From Mizuhopecten yessoensis (taxonomy: Eukaryota): a stretch of 64,000 bases of DNA. This document shows positions 43,133 through 54,700 of the stretch, piece by piece; position 1 is the first letter of the stretch, and the number at the start of each line of letters is the position of its first letter. The notes beneath the pieces are model-generated. The model was given only the letters and a program-made list of their open reading frames with translations, had not been told where the DNA came from and did no database searches. A program made the position numbers and the translations under genes. Location: the NCBI RefSeq assembly GCF_002113885.1, contig NW_018403589.1:787678-851677 (forward strand), in the 5' to 3' direction.

Positions 43133-43252
43133 TGTAACAGGAGATGCACGGCCATATCAGGGTTCGAACCTGGAACCCTCCGAACCCTATACAGACGCTC
43201 TACCAGTTGAGCTACCTGGTTGCCGCGATCGACCCAGTGCAGTTCCGCTACA
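43133..43252 (-). mobile_element. 120-bp solo-LTR-like element with internal tRNA-like Pol III promoter
   Basis: Minus strand TGtagcggaac...TAGCTCAACTGGTAGAGC...GGTTCGAACCC...ctgttaCA; TG..CA ends; GTTG direct repeat at 43129-43132 and 43253-43256 (4-bp TSD). Confidence 0.8.
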
Positions 43253-44565
43253 GTTGATTATCCTTATCATACAATTGTAAGCAGACAACAGTATTACAAC
43301 ATGGACACATCGATAAATCACAAAATTGTCGATTATCCTTACCATTCATTACAGCAAGGGTAAACATTCATATTGGGACTGACAACAATAACAAGGGACA
43401 CTAAAAATACACCAAAGGAAACTGAATAGTAAAAACCGTATTCAGAATTACGCAGCGAAATGGTTAGATATCATTATAACAATTTTTTAATATTTCAAGT
43501 CTTGCGGTATAGACCAATTTTACGTAATTGTGATATATTAATGGTACAGAACAATGATTTCATATTAGAACTACATCAGATTTTCCTCGAATCTGTCTCA
43601 AAAAGGAACATTCGATTATGTGCGAGGAACAGTTTGACAAAGGGCTGATCCTTTCCCCAGAGTAGGAACGCATGCGATATATATATCCTATGCGAAGCAT
43701 TGAGAGGACGACCTTCTTTCTATGGGAATTTTGAACCCACCGTAGGTTGAATAAGCAAACTACGATGATTGTAACATAAAACAACAATTGCGTGTCTGTT
43801 CGCCTGAGATACAAAGGAAACTATTGAATTTCAACCCGATCTGGTTTATAGTTTTTCTAACCCCAGGAAATCACTAAGTTACGTGTATAATCATCATAAT
43901 AATTCTACCAGGAAAATTAGATATACTTCATCTTTACAACGCTTGAAAATGAACCTAAGGTAAAGAAACGGAAGGTTCACCGCATTCCGGACGTGTCTGA
44001 TAATATAGATGGCGCTGTCATAAAGTATAATGTTATAATGCATTGTCATACTATTGTGGCTTTGTGTTTCATAATGTAATATTGATATAGTTGATATACT
44101 GATGAATGACTCCATTTAGATTGATACATATGCTGTACGCTACCGGATGCTGCCTTATTATGGTGGCGAATGACACGTTTATAAACATGGTCAATAATTC
44201 ATCTGTTTTGTAGGAGGGATGCGCTACGATGCATGATTTCATAGCATAACAGATCGAAGGATGATATTGAGGTTGTCGGACTAATGATAATAATAAGGCT
44301 TATTTTGAAAAACGTACTGAGCGTTACTGGTGAAACGGTGTAAAAAAAAGACTAGGTTCGAAGGATGGAGTTATAGCAAAACCATTTATACGTACATGAA
44401 TATTTAATATCTGCTCAAGGAAAAAGAAGATATAAACGTCAACTTTCAAAGGATATAAACACCATGTACAGTAAATAACAAACAAAACATAATTGTGAGC
44501 TTAAAGATTGGACGTGCTTGCATTTCTAACGGAAGTTACCGAATAAACCAGGAAGTGACATTTTT

Positions 44566-44664
44566 ATGGCGTACGACAAGTACAACTCCCGCGTTGTGTT
44601 CGGACCGATGCGTTCGTACAGAAGTCAGCTATACGGAAGTAACTCATCGTTCAATACTCACGAG
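44566..44664 (+). CDS. Putative alternative first coding exon, module B (MAYDKYNSRVVFGPMRSYRSQLYGSNSSFNTHE)
   Basis: ATGG start with upstream in-frame TAA at 44527; 33 codons, GC-rich; GAG|GTAGGT donor in phase 0; candidate UTR acceptor tctgttttgtag|44214. Confidence 0.55.
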
Positions 44665-45454
44665 GTAGGTATCCGCGGTGCAGCTTTCCTCACTTTAAGT
44701 CTATTCTAAAGGATGCAGCAGCACTGGGGCGGTACTAAAGTCTGGAATTTTCTCCCNCCCCCCCCCCCTTTTTTTTTGGCGGCGGACTGACCTTTTCCGG
44801 GCTGGCCCGAAATGGTCTGATCGGCCGGGAAAGATGCATAATTATATTATTGACCGCTCGTTATAAAGATGATCTGAAAATTGATACTTTTTATTGTCAT
44901 CTTCCTAACCGCCCGGGCGATATTAATCATATCATTATACAAGAACGATAAAGTTTTTTTTCGGCTGACAATATTTAGTGAATGAGTCAACAATTATAAA
45001 ACGCGAGACTATATAGCTAGTGGACTTAATTGGGTGTCGCACTGATTTGAACTTATCCGTTTGTTTAGCAACTTAGTGATGCCAAGAGTAACTCATTAAT
45101 TAAACAGCAACGATGTTATGGTGTTATTTGTTCTTTTGTACGACAAACTATTACATGAAGTACTGTACTGTAGGTACAATGTCTGAAGACTAGATATTGG
45201 GCGTCCCTACACCTATTTTTTGACGGTGGACCTCTCGTATCCCCCTTGCGGGCGGGACGCCAAATTAGGTAATAATGAACAAGCCCCCTGTGGATTCAAA
45301 CATTTGTCATTACCAGGTTGCCCCTATAATAATACCATCTGACTTCTAAAACACGCTGTTGATAGAGAATTTGAACCGAAACTTTAATTTTCTTTCCAGT
45401 ACACAAAGTCTTTGGGTCATACTTAAAATATGCTTTTTTCTTCTTGTTAATTAA

Positions 45455-45683
45455 ACATAAAAACAATCCTCAGAACACGGGAAATCGCTTCTGAGACGTT
45501 CTAGAAAACACAGTTTTTGGGGGGAGATCCCCAGATCCCCCATTCCGGCAGGGGGAAGACCCCCTCCCGTACCCTCCGCCTCCTCGCGCTACGCGCTCGG
45601 GGTGCTACCTTCCGCACCACACCGTTGACCATTGAGAAAAATTTCTCGGCCCCTCCATTCAGGAAATCCTAGATCCGTCCCTG
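45455..45683. mobile_element. Non-autonomous DNA transposon right end
   Basis: GC-rich hairpins (gggggagatccccagatccccc; ggggaagacccc) ending gaaatcctagatccgtccctg, resembling the common CAGGGGCGGATCCAGG-type TIR (recalled). Confidence 0.55.
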
Positions 45684-45737
45684 GTCGCCTTCATATTTCC
45701 TCAGCTTACCTTGTATGTTTCTTCGTTATAACATACA

Positions 45738-45963
45738 GCAACAATACCAAGTACAGGGGCTTAAAGCCTCATTTTAATACTTGCCTCTCGTACGTACCTC
45801 AATAATACATTGTTCAGGCCGATTCAACCTCGTTTTAACACAGTGAGTCGTGCGGTCCTCAATAATACCCCGTACTTGGCTATACAGACTCGCTTCAACA
45901 TCTCTCTATCGTGCGGTCCTCAATAATACCATGTATATGACAATACAGCCTCGTTTTAACATC
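45738..45963. repeat. Degenerate ~60-bp tandem repeat, ~4 copies
   Basis: Recurrent cctcaataatac...cctcgttttaaca...tcgtgcggt. Confidence 0.7.
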
Positions 45964-46726
45964 GTACAAAGGTGAACTTTATTCAACGTAAAGTACAATT
46001 GTTGATTTCGTTTAATCAACAAGAACCAGGTTCAAGCGTTCTATAAATTGTAACACTCCTTTTAACGAGGACAAATGTACTGGACATGTGTTCAGTGTTA
46101 ACAGAGGGCCGCAATAGCGGGGTGGTATTTGTTCACGGTTGACGATACATTACAAGACCGGAAATGACACGACCGGAAATGTTGTTTGTGTAGTATGAGA
46201 GTAGTACTCCTACTCTGAATATACTTCACATAAAGCTTAAACTCGTTCTTGTTTATTTTAACTATTTAATGCAAATGATAATTTTAAGAATATCAAAATA
46301 GAAAAATATGTTTTTGACAATACAATTATATATATGAAGAGGTATTGGAATTTTAACATTCTAGAAACTGTTAATTAATATTGACCCACATTTGAACTGA
46401 CAGTACTTTGTACTGTACACCTTTCCTATTTAACAGGATGTGGTATTATTTACAGACGTTTTGAATGCCAAAAGTACGTATAATCATTTCGTTGTTCTCG
46501 CCCTTTCTCCTCACCATTTCGGTTGTACCCTAACACGAGAAAGGTCCCCGTCAAATTGTGGGAATGTTTCACATTTCGCGACTTGTTGGAAATATGGGTA
46601 CAAAGTACCATGGCTTATTACCTTACGCTTATTTTCTTACCTGAAGTCAATTATGAAAAGATATCGATTGTTTTTGAATGTGTAGTTTAAACAAAACTCA
46701 TCCTAAGGAGGAGAAAAAGTCGGGAA

Positions 46727-48769
46727 ATGTCACGACATATGTTAAGAAGTACAAGGGAAGGAGATTCTGGCTCAAGGACTCTTCCTACTTTGTACAAACA
46801 ACGCTTAAAAAGCGCTCGGAAACGAAGTGAGAAAACACGGAAACAGGAAAGTTATCGAAAGAGTGACCAGGGAAAATATATTGGTGCAAAATCGTCTGAA
46901 GGAAACTTCATTACACCAAGTTTTAACTTGAATAATACAGATTGGATTTCGCCAAAATATCAACCCGAAAATGATCATGACTTACATAGCTCAAAGACTG
47001 GGATAACTAGAAGCAAGACGGTGTCAACTCAGACCCAGAGACCAAGACTACTTCAAAAACAGATAATTCACAGATACCGGGACGTGACTAAGAGATTTCC
47101 CGAGAATTACACACCCGAATCAAAACATCTAGTGAAAGGTTCTGATTTCAAAACAGAAAACAAGTTTAAAACGTCTAAACACAAGTTCACCTCTACAATG
47201 GACCAAATGAGAAAAGACGAAACGAGCATGGAAACAGTAGACATGGCAACGTCCGCCACTGATATATCTGAACAATCCGTGACAGATAAACAATCAACAA
47301 AGTTAGATGATAGTCAGGACAATGTTGTTCTTAACACAGTTCAACAACCTGATATAAATAGCCATGGTGACCCAGCAGCAGCTGGCATTGAGATGGTACC
47401 AAGGAGGAGAAAGGGTAAGACGTCCAAGAGCTATTCGGTGGCCTTTGGATCTACCGTAGGGTTCAATCCTCTTGTAATGGAACATTCCAAACGTAAACAA
47501 CGCCACAATGTACGCGTTCTTCAAACGAAGATTGTAAGACCAAACATTGCAGTGACTAAAGCAAAACGTAACGTGAAATCGAAAAACAAGAAGTCCAAAG
47601 AAATCCTTGGAAGTGTCTCAACAATTTGTGGTGAAACACAAGATTCCGTAAATCTACCTGAATTGGAGAGAAAGGCCATCGACAGATCACGTGACCAAAA
47701 CATAGCTCGCTACGTCAGCTCAGTACCTCTCCGAGTTGACCGGGCCACCTCGATGTCTGACGTCACTAGCACGTCAGTCGGCATCACTGCTGAAAAGCCA
47801 ATCACTTCATCAGCATCGACACCATTGGCATTTCATTCTTTTCCTAAGTCACGTGGTATAAATGATACCGTTGCAAATGTAAGGTCCTTTGTTTCCGTGC
47901 GACCCAAACGTTCTACTGACAGGGATGTCCTCGATAGAGAGCTAAACGTATTTAAAGCGCTTGACCCCAATAGGAAAAATGATGTGGAATTATTCAGAAG
48001 TGAATTAACGGACCACGAGGAACATGAAGTGAGTAATTTGTCAGGAAGAAAGTTCCCACTAGCGACTCAATCCGCCAAGGTAAAGGTTCTGAAAGAACTC
48101 AACAAGAACAGGTCGTTCCTGGATACCGATAGTGTAGCAGGGTATAGTTTAAGTCGCCAAAACACATTGTCGTCTTCACATCTGAAGATGGAGACAAGAA
48201 ATGTATCTTCAGACGTTAGAACCTCATCTAGGCAAGATCAACTTAACATCACAAGTGATATTTCCAGCAACGATCAGCGTTATTTAATTCACGATGATAT
48301 CAGGGCTAATAAATACGGACAGGACCGAGCAAACGTTGTCTCGAAATACGGGAAAACGTCGAAAGCAGCTGCTATAGTCATGCCAACAGTTCGTGTCAAT
48401 CGGACACCGGAAATGGTACCGCGCATGAGCCAGGGGGTACGTTCATCAATGAAAAACTCCACAAACATCAGCCAAACCACATCCGGTAACAGTCCGATCA
48501 TAGAAATAACAAGAGAAGGGGCCATACCTGTACTGCCCGAGTCGACGAGCCCGAGGCAGCTGTCGCATGCGTCAAAGTACCCTACTGGTTATTTGCATAA
48601 CCACGCAAAGACATCAACTATCTCACTTCCCGGAAGTATAACGACTCTTAATTCAGTGAATACGCCGATGCCTGTACGCAAACAATATATATCGAATAGA
48701 ACCATGAACGACAGTTTCGTATTATTCGACGGATATGACGTCAGACGTTGGGAAACAGTGACTCCATTA
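46727..48769 (+). CDS. Very large first coding exon, module C (681 codons); Ser/Thr/Lys/Arg-rich, predicted disordered; no recognisable domain
   Basis: 2.1-kb open frame in AT-rich DNA; in-frame TAA at 46688 upstream of ATG; GTAAGT donor at 48770 in phase 0 (…WETVTPL|), after which the ORF runs into AT-rich intron-like sequence; candidate UTR acceptor ctttcctatttaacag|46437. Confidence 0.85.
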
Positions 48770-50815
48770 GTAAGTTGGTCCCTTTTCCCAATTGTAACAA
48801 ATGCGCTGATCATTATATATTATACACCATTCATATTTTTAGTTTTGTAATTAGTTCAGTTTGTAATTAACATTTAAAGTTGTTGTTTGTTGAAACGACA
48901 AAACGATGGCTTGCTGTACCACGTCTACTGAAACACAGATATAATTATGATGGCTGGCTCAGTGAGACGATTTGTGACTGCCTACAAGTATTATTGATTT
49001 TTGTATCAGATAACAGCTGTAGTTGATAAATTATTTATAGAATTTAGTAATAACGACACCCGACGTAGGCTATACTATGTAGACATAATTTATGATGAGT
49101 ATCTATAAACGTTTCAGGTGTTGGTATCAGGACATCCTATCAGTGTTGTCCATCCAATATCCCCTTGTTAAAGTATTCCCCCTCCAAACTAATTATTTCG
49201 GGTGGAGGTAACTGATTGAACGAATTGTTAAACAGGATTTTTTATCAATCTTATCCTGACAACCTCACTTAATAATTCACAAATTAAGGATTACCGGTCG
49301 TTGTTGAGTCTGTAACAGAACATAACTCAAGACCCCTTTATTAGATTTTTAAGATTATGTCTGGATAAAGTGTCAACTTCTTACTCTCACTGGGACAGAC
49401 ACATTCCATAGATATATGTATGTAGTCAGTATAAGTAATGTAACTCAGGTAGATTCTCATAGCTGTCATCAAAATGATCGGAAACATACTTAGTATGGTC
49501 TTTAAAACCTAATATAAACTATTCATGCGCCTACAATATCACTATATATATATATTTCCATTGTCACTGTTCTAAACAACCATTATAATCACCGCTACAG
49601 GTTTGGGAACAGAATAATTAGACCTTCTATTTGCCACTGCATGTCATTTTCAATAGACAGGGGTTACGCTTGCGTAGCCCCTGGGTATCGAGACAGACTG
49701 CATGTACACATGCACGTAAGCGGCGGTTTAGGTAGACCCCTTCACATTCATGGGTGTTCTTCCTGTCAACTTATTAGGGGACATCATAAAACCCAAATTA
49801 ATCTTCTGCCATCATTGCACCTCCTGATAGCTATGTCTTTTCTCTTATTCCTGTTAATAGGTAGACAAACTGACACACACTAATGTGTCGAGCCCCTGTG
49901 TCTATTCCCACGTGCATTATATCAACGTTTCGAACCCCTGTGACTATTCCTATGATCAATCTAATAATGTGTCGAACCTCTGTGTCCATTTCCACGTTCA
50001 TTATATTCAACTTTTTGGAACAATGTGACTAGTCCTTGGACTATTTCTGCACTCATTAAATATGTTACACCCGGTTACCTTGTTTAATTATACGAAAACA
50101 TCAAAATAATTCAACGGCAACTCTCTAGGGACGAAATGTGATACAGCTAGGCTGCTAATGGGTCTCTTATCCACCGAAGCACACATTATTGTCTAAAATT
50201 ATTGTCACCGATACAGTATATTGTGTTTTCTACTGAAACATATTTGTTAAGTTCGTTTATCAATGTTTATGATGATTTATTTTATACCAAGCTCATTCGT
50301 TAAAGCATAGTTTTTAAATTCTGTCAAAGTGAAAAATAAAACTTTTCCTCACCGACTGAAATTTACATCGACTCGTCGATATACCGAAAAACTATCTTCA
50401 AATTTTCAAAATCTGTTAAAATGGTGAAAAAAAAAAAGTTGTAAGACACATTTTAAAGCAAGCCATTTTACAGGTACAATCTGTCCAACTGGTTGTATCT
50501 TGTACATGTTAGATGTAGCCGGCCTTTTACTGGAACAACCTGTCCAATTGGCAGTGTCAATACATGCATTTTGTATAGGTTAGTTGTAACCAGTCATTGT
50601 ACATGACTAGTATCGGGGAAAGATCCGCCTTTTATGAAGAAGGGACATCGTAAAGACCAGCAGAATTGATATCTGTTATCCCTATACTCTATTGTCTGTA
50701 TCATACGATATATTACTGTTGTTATACTCGAATGCTCTCCATCCTGTAGTGTGCCTTATGAGACTCATCGCTATATCTCCATGTGCTACTTTTATTAGCA
50801 GCTATGATCATTTAA

Positions 50816-50950
50816 GACCCGCGGAAAAATCCTCGACCTGAGGACTGTACCTGGTGACTGCCCAATGTAGGCCTCGAACCTGCTACCTAGTGGTGGAGGG
50901 CTAGTGACCGTAGACGGTCAACACACCTTAATCACTCGGCCACCACGGCC
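50816..50950 (-). mobile_element. V-SINE-like tRNA-derived SINE head
   Basis: Minus strand ggccgtggtggccgagtgattaagg...cactagccctccacc...GGTTCGAGGCC...gggcagtc; homologous to 30539-30735. Confidence 0.75.
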
Positions 50951-51710
50951 TCTTTCTCTACTTTTGCTGTCTTTTCCATGACGTCACTGTATATATCCTT
51001 CGTCATATGTCATGTGTTGTTTCTCTACTATTTGATGTCCATTCTTTGTGGCCTCCTGACATTCAACGTCACGTGACCTTTGTGTTGCTCTTCTATCCCA
51101 CCCTTGGCGTCACACTGCAGACTCGTCGCCATAGAGACCATACTTCGTTACAACAGTGTAAAACATCGAACGCATACTGAACATCACGGTGACGAATGTA
51201 AACGTTTGCTGTGCTCATTTGTTTATCAAGATAGAAAATCACATTATCTACCAGGTCCTCTGGTAGATATATTGGTTACGGTTATAGTATATGGTTACTA
51301 TGGACAGTTTATGTCGGCCTTTATAAGGAGGTTTCCAGGTGTGACGACTTCGGGGTGGCAGTCACTATGACTGTTAGAAAGTTATTATCTCTGTGACCGC
51401 CCCCTTAGATACCTGATGTATGTCTGCGTGATTCCTTCCTTATACATTGCTGTCGTCTCATTTCTTTTCTCGACACATTTCTATCGCTTTTTCCCATTTC
51501 TCTACATATTCTTATCGTTTTATCATTTCTTGACTCTTTTCTCTCCTTTCATTTTCCGTCATATTTCTATTTTTTTCTTTTTTCTTACTCCGCACACAGC
51601 TATCATTTTGTTACTATGATCCACAATGCTTTTCTTTTCTTTTTTTTTACCTCTAAACATTGCTTTTATTTTCTTCTTAAAACTGCACAACAGCTCGATT
51701 CGAACGGTTT

Positions 51711-54700
51711 CAGCCCTAATGGTTAATGCAGTGTATGTACAGGTATACCAGCCCTAATGGTTAGATCAGTTTTTGTACAGGTATACCAGCCCTAGTGGTT
51801 AGATCAGGGTATGTACAGGTATACCAGCCCTAGTGGTTAGATCAGTGTATGTACAGGTATACCAGCCCTAATGGTTAGATCAGTGTATGTACAGGTATAC
51901 CAGCCCTAGTGGTTAGAGTAGTGTATATACAGGTATACCAGCCCTAGTGGTTAGATCAGTGCATGTACAGGTACACCAGCCCTAGTGGTTAGAGCAGTGT
52001 ATGTGCAGGTATACCAGCCCTAGTGGTTAGAGCAGTGTATGTACAGGTATACCAGCCCTAGTGGTTAGAGCAGTGTATGTACAGGTATACCAGCCCTAGT
52101 GGTTAGAGCAGTGTATGTACAGGTATACCAGCCCTAGTGGTTAGAGCAGTGTATGTACAGGTATACCAGCCCTAGTGGTTAGAGCAGTGTATGTACAGGT
52201 ATACCAGCCCTAGTGGTTAGAGCAGTGTATGTACAGGTATACCAGCCCTAGTGGTTAGAGCAGTGTATGTACAGGTATACCAGCCCTAGTGGTTAGAGCA
52301 GTGTATGTACAGGTATACCAGCCCTAGTGGTTAGAGCAGTGTATGTACAGGTATACCAGCCCTAGTGGTTAGAGCAGTGTATGTACAGGTATACCAGCCC
52401 TAGTGGTTAGAGCAGTGTATGTACAGGTATACCAGCCCTAGTGGTTAGAGCAGTGTATGTACAGGTATACCAGCCCTAGTGGTTAGAGCAGTGTATGTAC
52501 AGGTATACCAGCCCTAGTGGTTAGATCAGTGTATGTACAGGTATACCAGCCCTAGTGGTTAGAGCAGTGTATGTACAGGTATACCAGCCCTAGTGGTTAG
52601 ATCAGTGTATGTACAGGTATACCAGCCCTAGTGGTTAGAGCAGTGTATGTACAGGTATACCAGCCCTAGTGGTTAGATCAGTGTATGTACAGGTATACCA
52701 GCCCTAGTGGTTAGAGCAGTGTATGTACAGGTATACCAGCCCTAGTGGTTAGATCAGTGTATGTACAGGTATACCAGCCCTAGTGGTTAGAGCAGTGTAT
52801 GTACAGGTATACCAGCCCTAGTGGTTAGATCAGTGTATGTACAGGTATACCAGCCCTAGTGGTTAGAGCAGTGTATGTACAGGTATACCAGCCCTAGTGG
52901 TTAGATCAGTGTATGTACAGGTATACCAGCCCTAGTGGTTAGAGCAGTGTATGTACAGGTATACCAGCCCTAGTGGTTAGATCAGTGTATGTACAGGTAT
53001 ACCAGCCCTAGTGGTTAGAGCAGTGTATGTACAGGTATACCAGCCCTAGTGGTTAGATCAGTGTATGTACAGGTATACCAGCCCTAGTGGTTAGAGCAGT
53101 GTATGTACAGGTATACCAGCCCTAGTGGTTAGATCAGTGTATGTACAGGTATACCAGCCCTAGTGGTTAGAGCAGTGTATGTACAGGTATACCAGCCCTA
53201 GTGGTTAGATCAGTGTATGTACAGGTATACCAGCCCTAGTGGTTAGAGCAGTGTATGTACAGGTATACCAGCCCTAGTGGTTAGATCAGTGTATGTACAG
53301 GTATACCAGCCCTAGTGGTTAGAGCAGTGTATGTACAGGTATACCAGCCCTAGTGGTTAGATCAGTGTATGTACAGGTATACCAGCCCTAGTGGTTAGAG
53401 CAGTGTATGTACAGGTATACCAGCCCTAGTGGTTAGATCAGTGTATGTACAGGTATACCAGCCCTAGTGGTTAGAGCAGTGTATGTACAGGTATACCAGC
53501 CCTAGTGGTTAGATCAGTGTATGTACAGGTATACCAGCCCTAGTGGTTAGAGCAGTGTATGTACAGGTATACCAGCCCTAGTGGTTAGATCAGTGTATGT
53601 ACAGGTATACCAGCCCTAGTGGTTAGAGCAGTGTATGTACAGGTATACCAGCCCTAGTGGTTAGATCAGTGTATGTACAGGTATACCAGCCCTAGTGGTT
53701 AGAGCAGTGTATGTACAGGTATACCAGCCCTAGTGGTTAGATCAGTGTATGTACAGGTACACCAGCCCTAGTGGTTAGAGCAGTGTATGTACAGGTATAC
53801 CAGCCCAAGCGGTTAGAGCAGTGTATGTACAGGTAAACCAGCCCTAGTGGTTAGAGCAGTGTATGTACAGGTATACCAGCCCTAGTGGTTAGAGCAGTGT
53901 ATGTACAGGTATACCAGCCCTAGTGGTTAGAGCAGTGTATGTACAGGTATACCAGCCCTAGTGGTTAGATCAGTGTATGTACAGGTATACCAGCCCTAGT
54001 GGTTAGAGCAGTGTATGTACAGGTATACCAGCCCTAGTGGTTAGATCAGTGTATGTACAGGTATACCAGCCCTAGTGGTTAGAGCAGTGTATGTACAGGT
54101 ATACCAGCCCTAGTGGTTAGATCAGTGTATGTACAGGTATACCAGCCCTAGTGGTTAGAGCAGTGTATGTACAGGTATACCAGCCCTAGTGGTTAGATCA
54201 GTGTATGTACAGGTATACCAGCCCTAGTGGTTAGAGCAGTGTATGTACAGGTATACCAGCCCTAGTGGTTAGATCAGTGTATGTACAGGTATACCAGCCC
54301 TAGTGGTTAGAGCAGTGTATGTACAGGTATACCAGCCCTAGTGGTTAGATCAGTGTATGTACAGGTATACCAGCCCTAGTGGTTAGAGCAGTGTATGTAC
54401 AGGTATACCAGCCCTAGTGGTTAGATCAGTGTATGTACAGGTATACCAGCCCTAGTGGTTAGAGCAGTGTATGTACAGGTATACCAGCCCTAGTGGTTAG
54501 ATCAGTGTATGTACAGGTATACCAGCCCTAGTGGTTAGAGCAGTGTATGTACAGGTATACCAGCCCTAGTGGTTAGATCAGTGTATGTACAGGTATACCA
54601 GCCCTAGTGGTTAGAGCAGTGTATGTACAGGTATACCAGCCCTAGTGGTTAGATCAGTGTATGTACAGGTATACCAGCCCTAGTGGTTAGAGCAGTGTAT

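Noticed and set aside
42975-43225. Functional tRNA genes
   Set aside because: A and B boxes are present, but there is no convincing acceptor stem or oligo-T terminator; they sit inside repeat elements with a shared non-tRNA leader
47303-48813. Minus-strand ORFs within module C (also 32907-33161 and 58320-58556)
   Set aside because: Antisense shadows of the real coding exons
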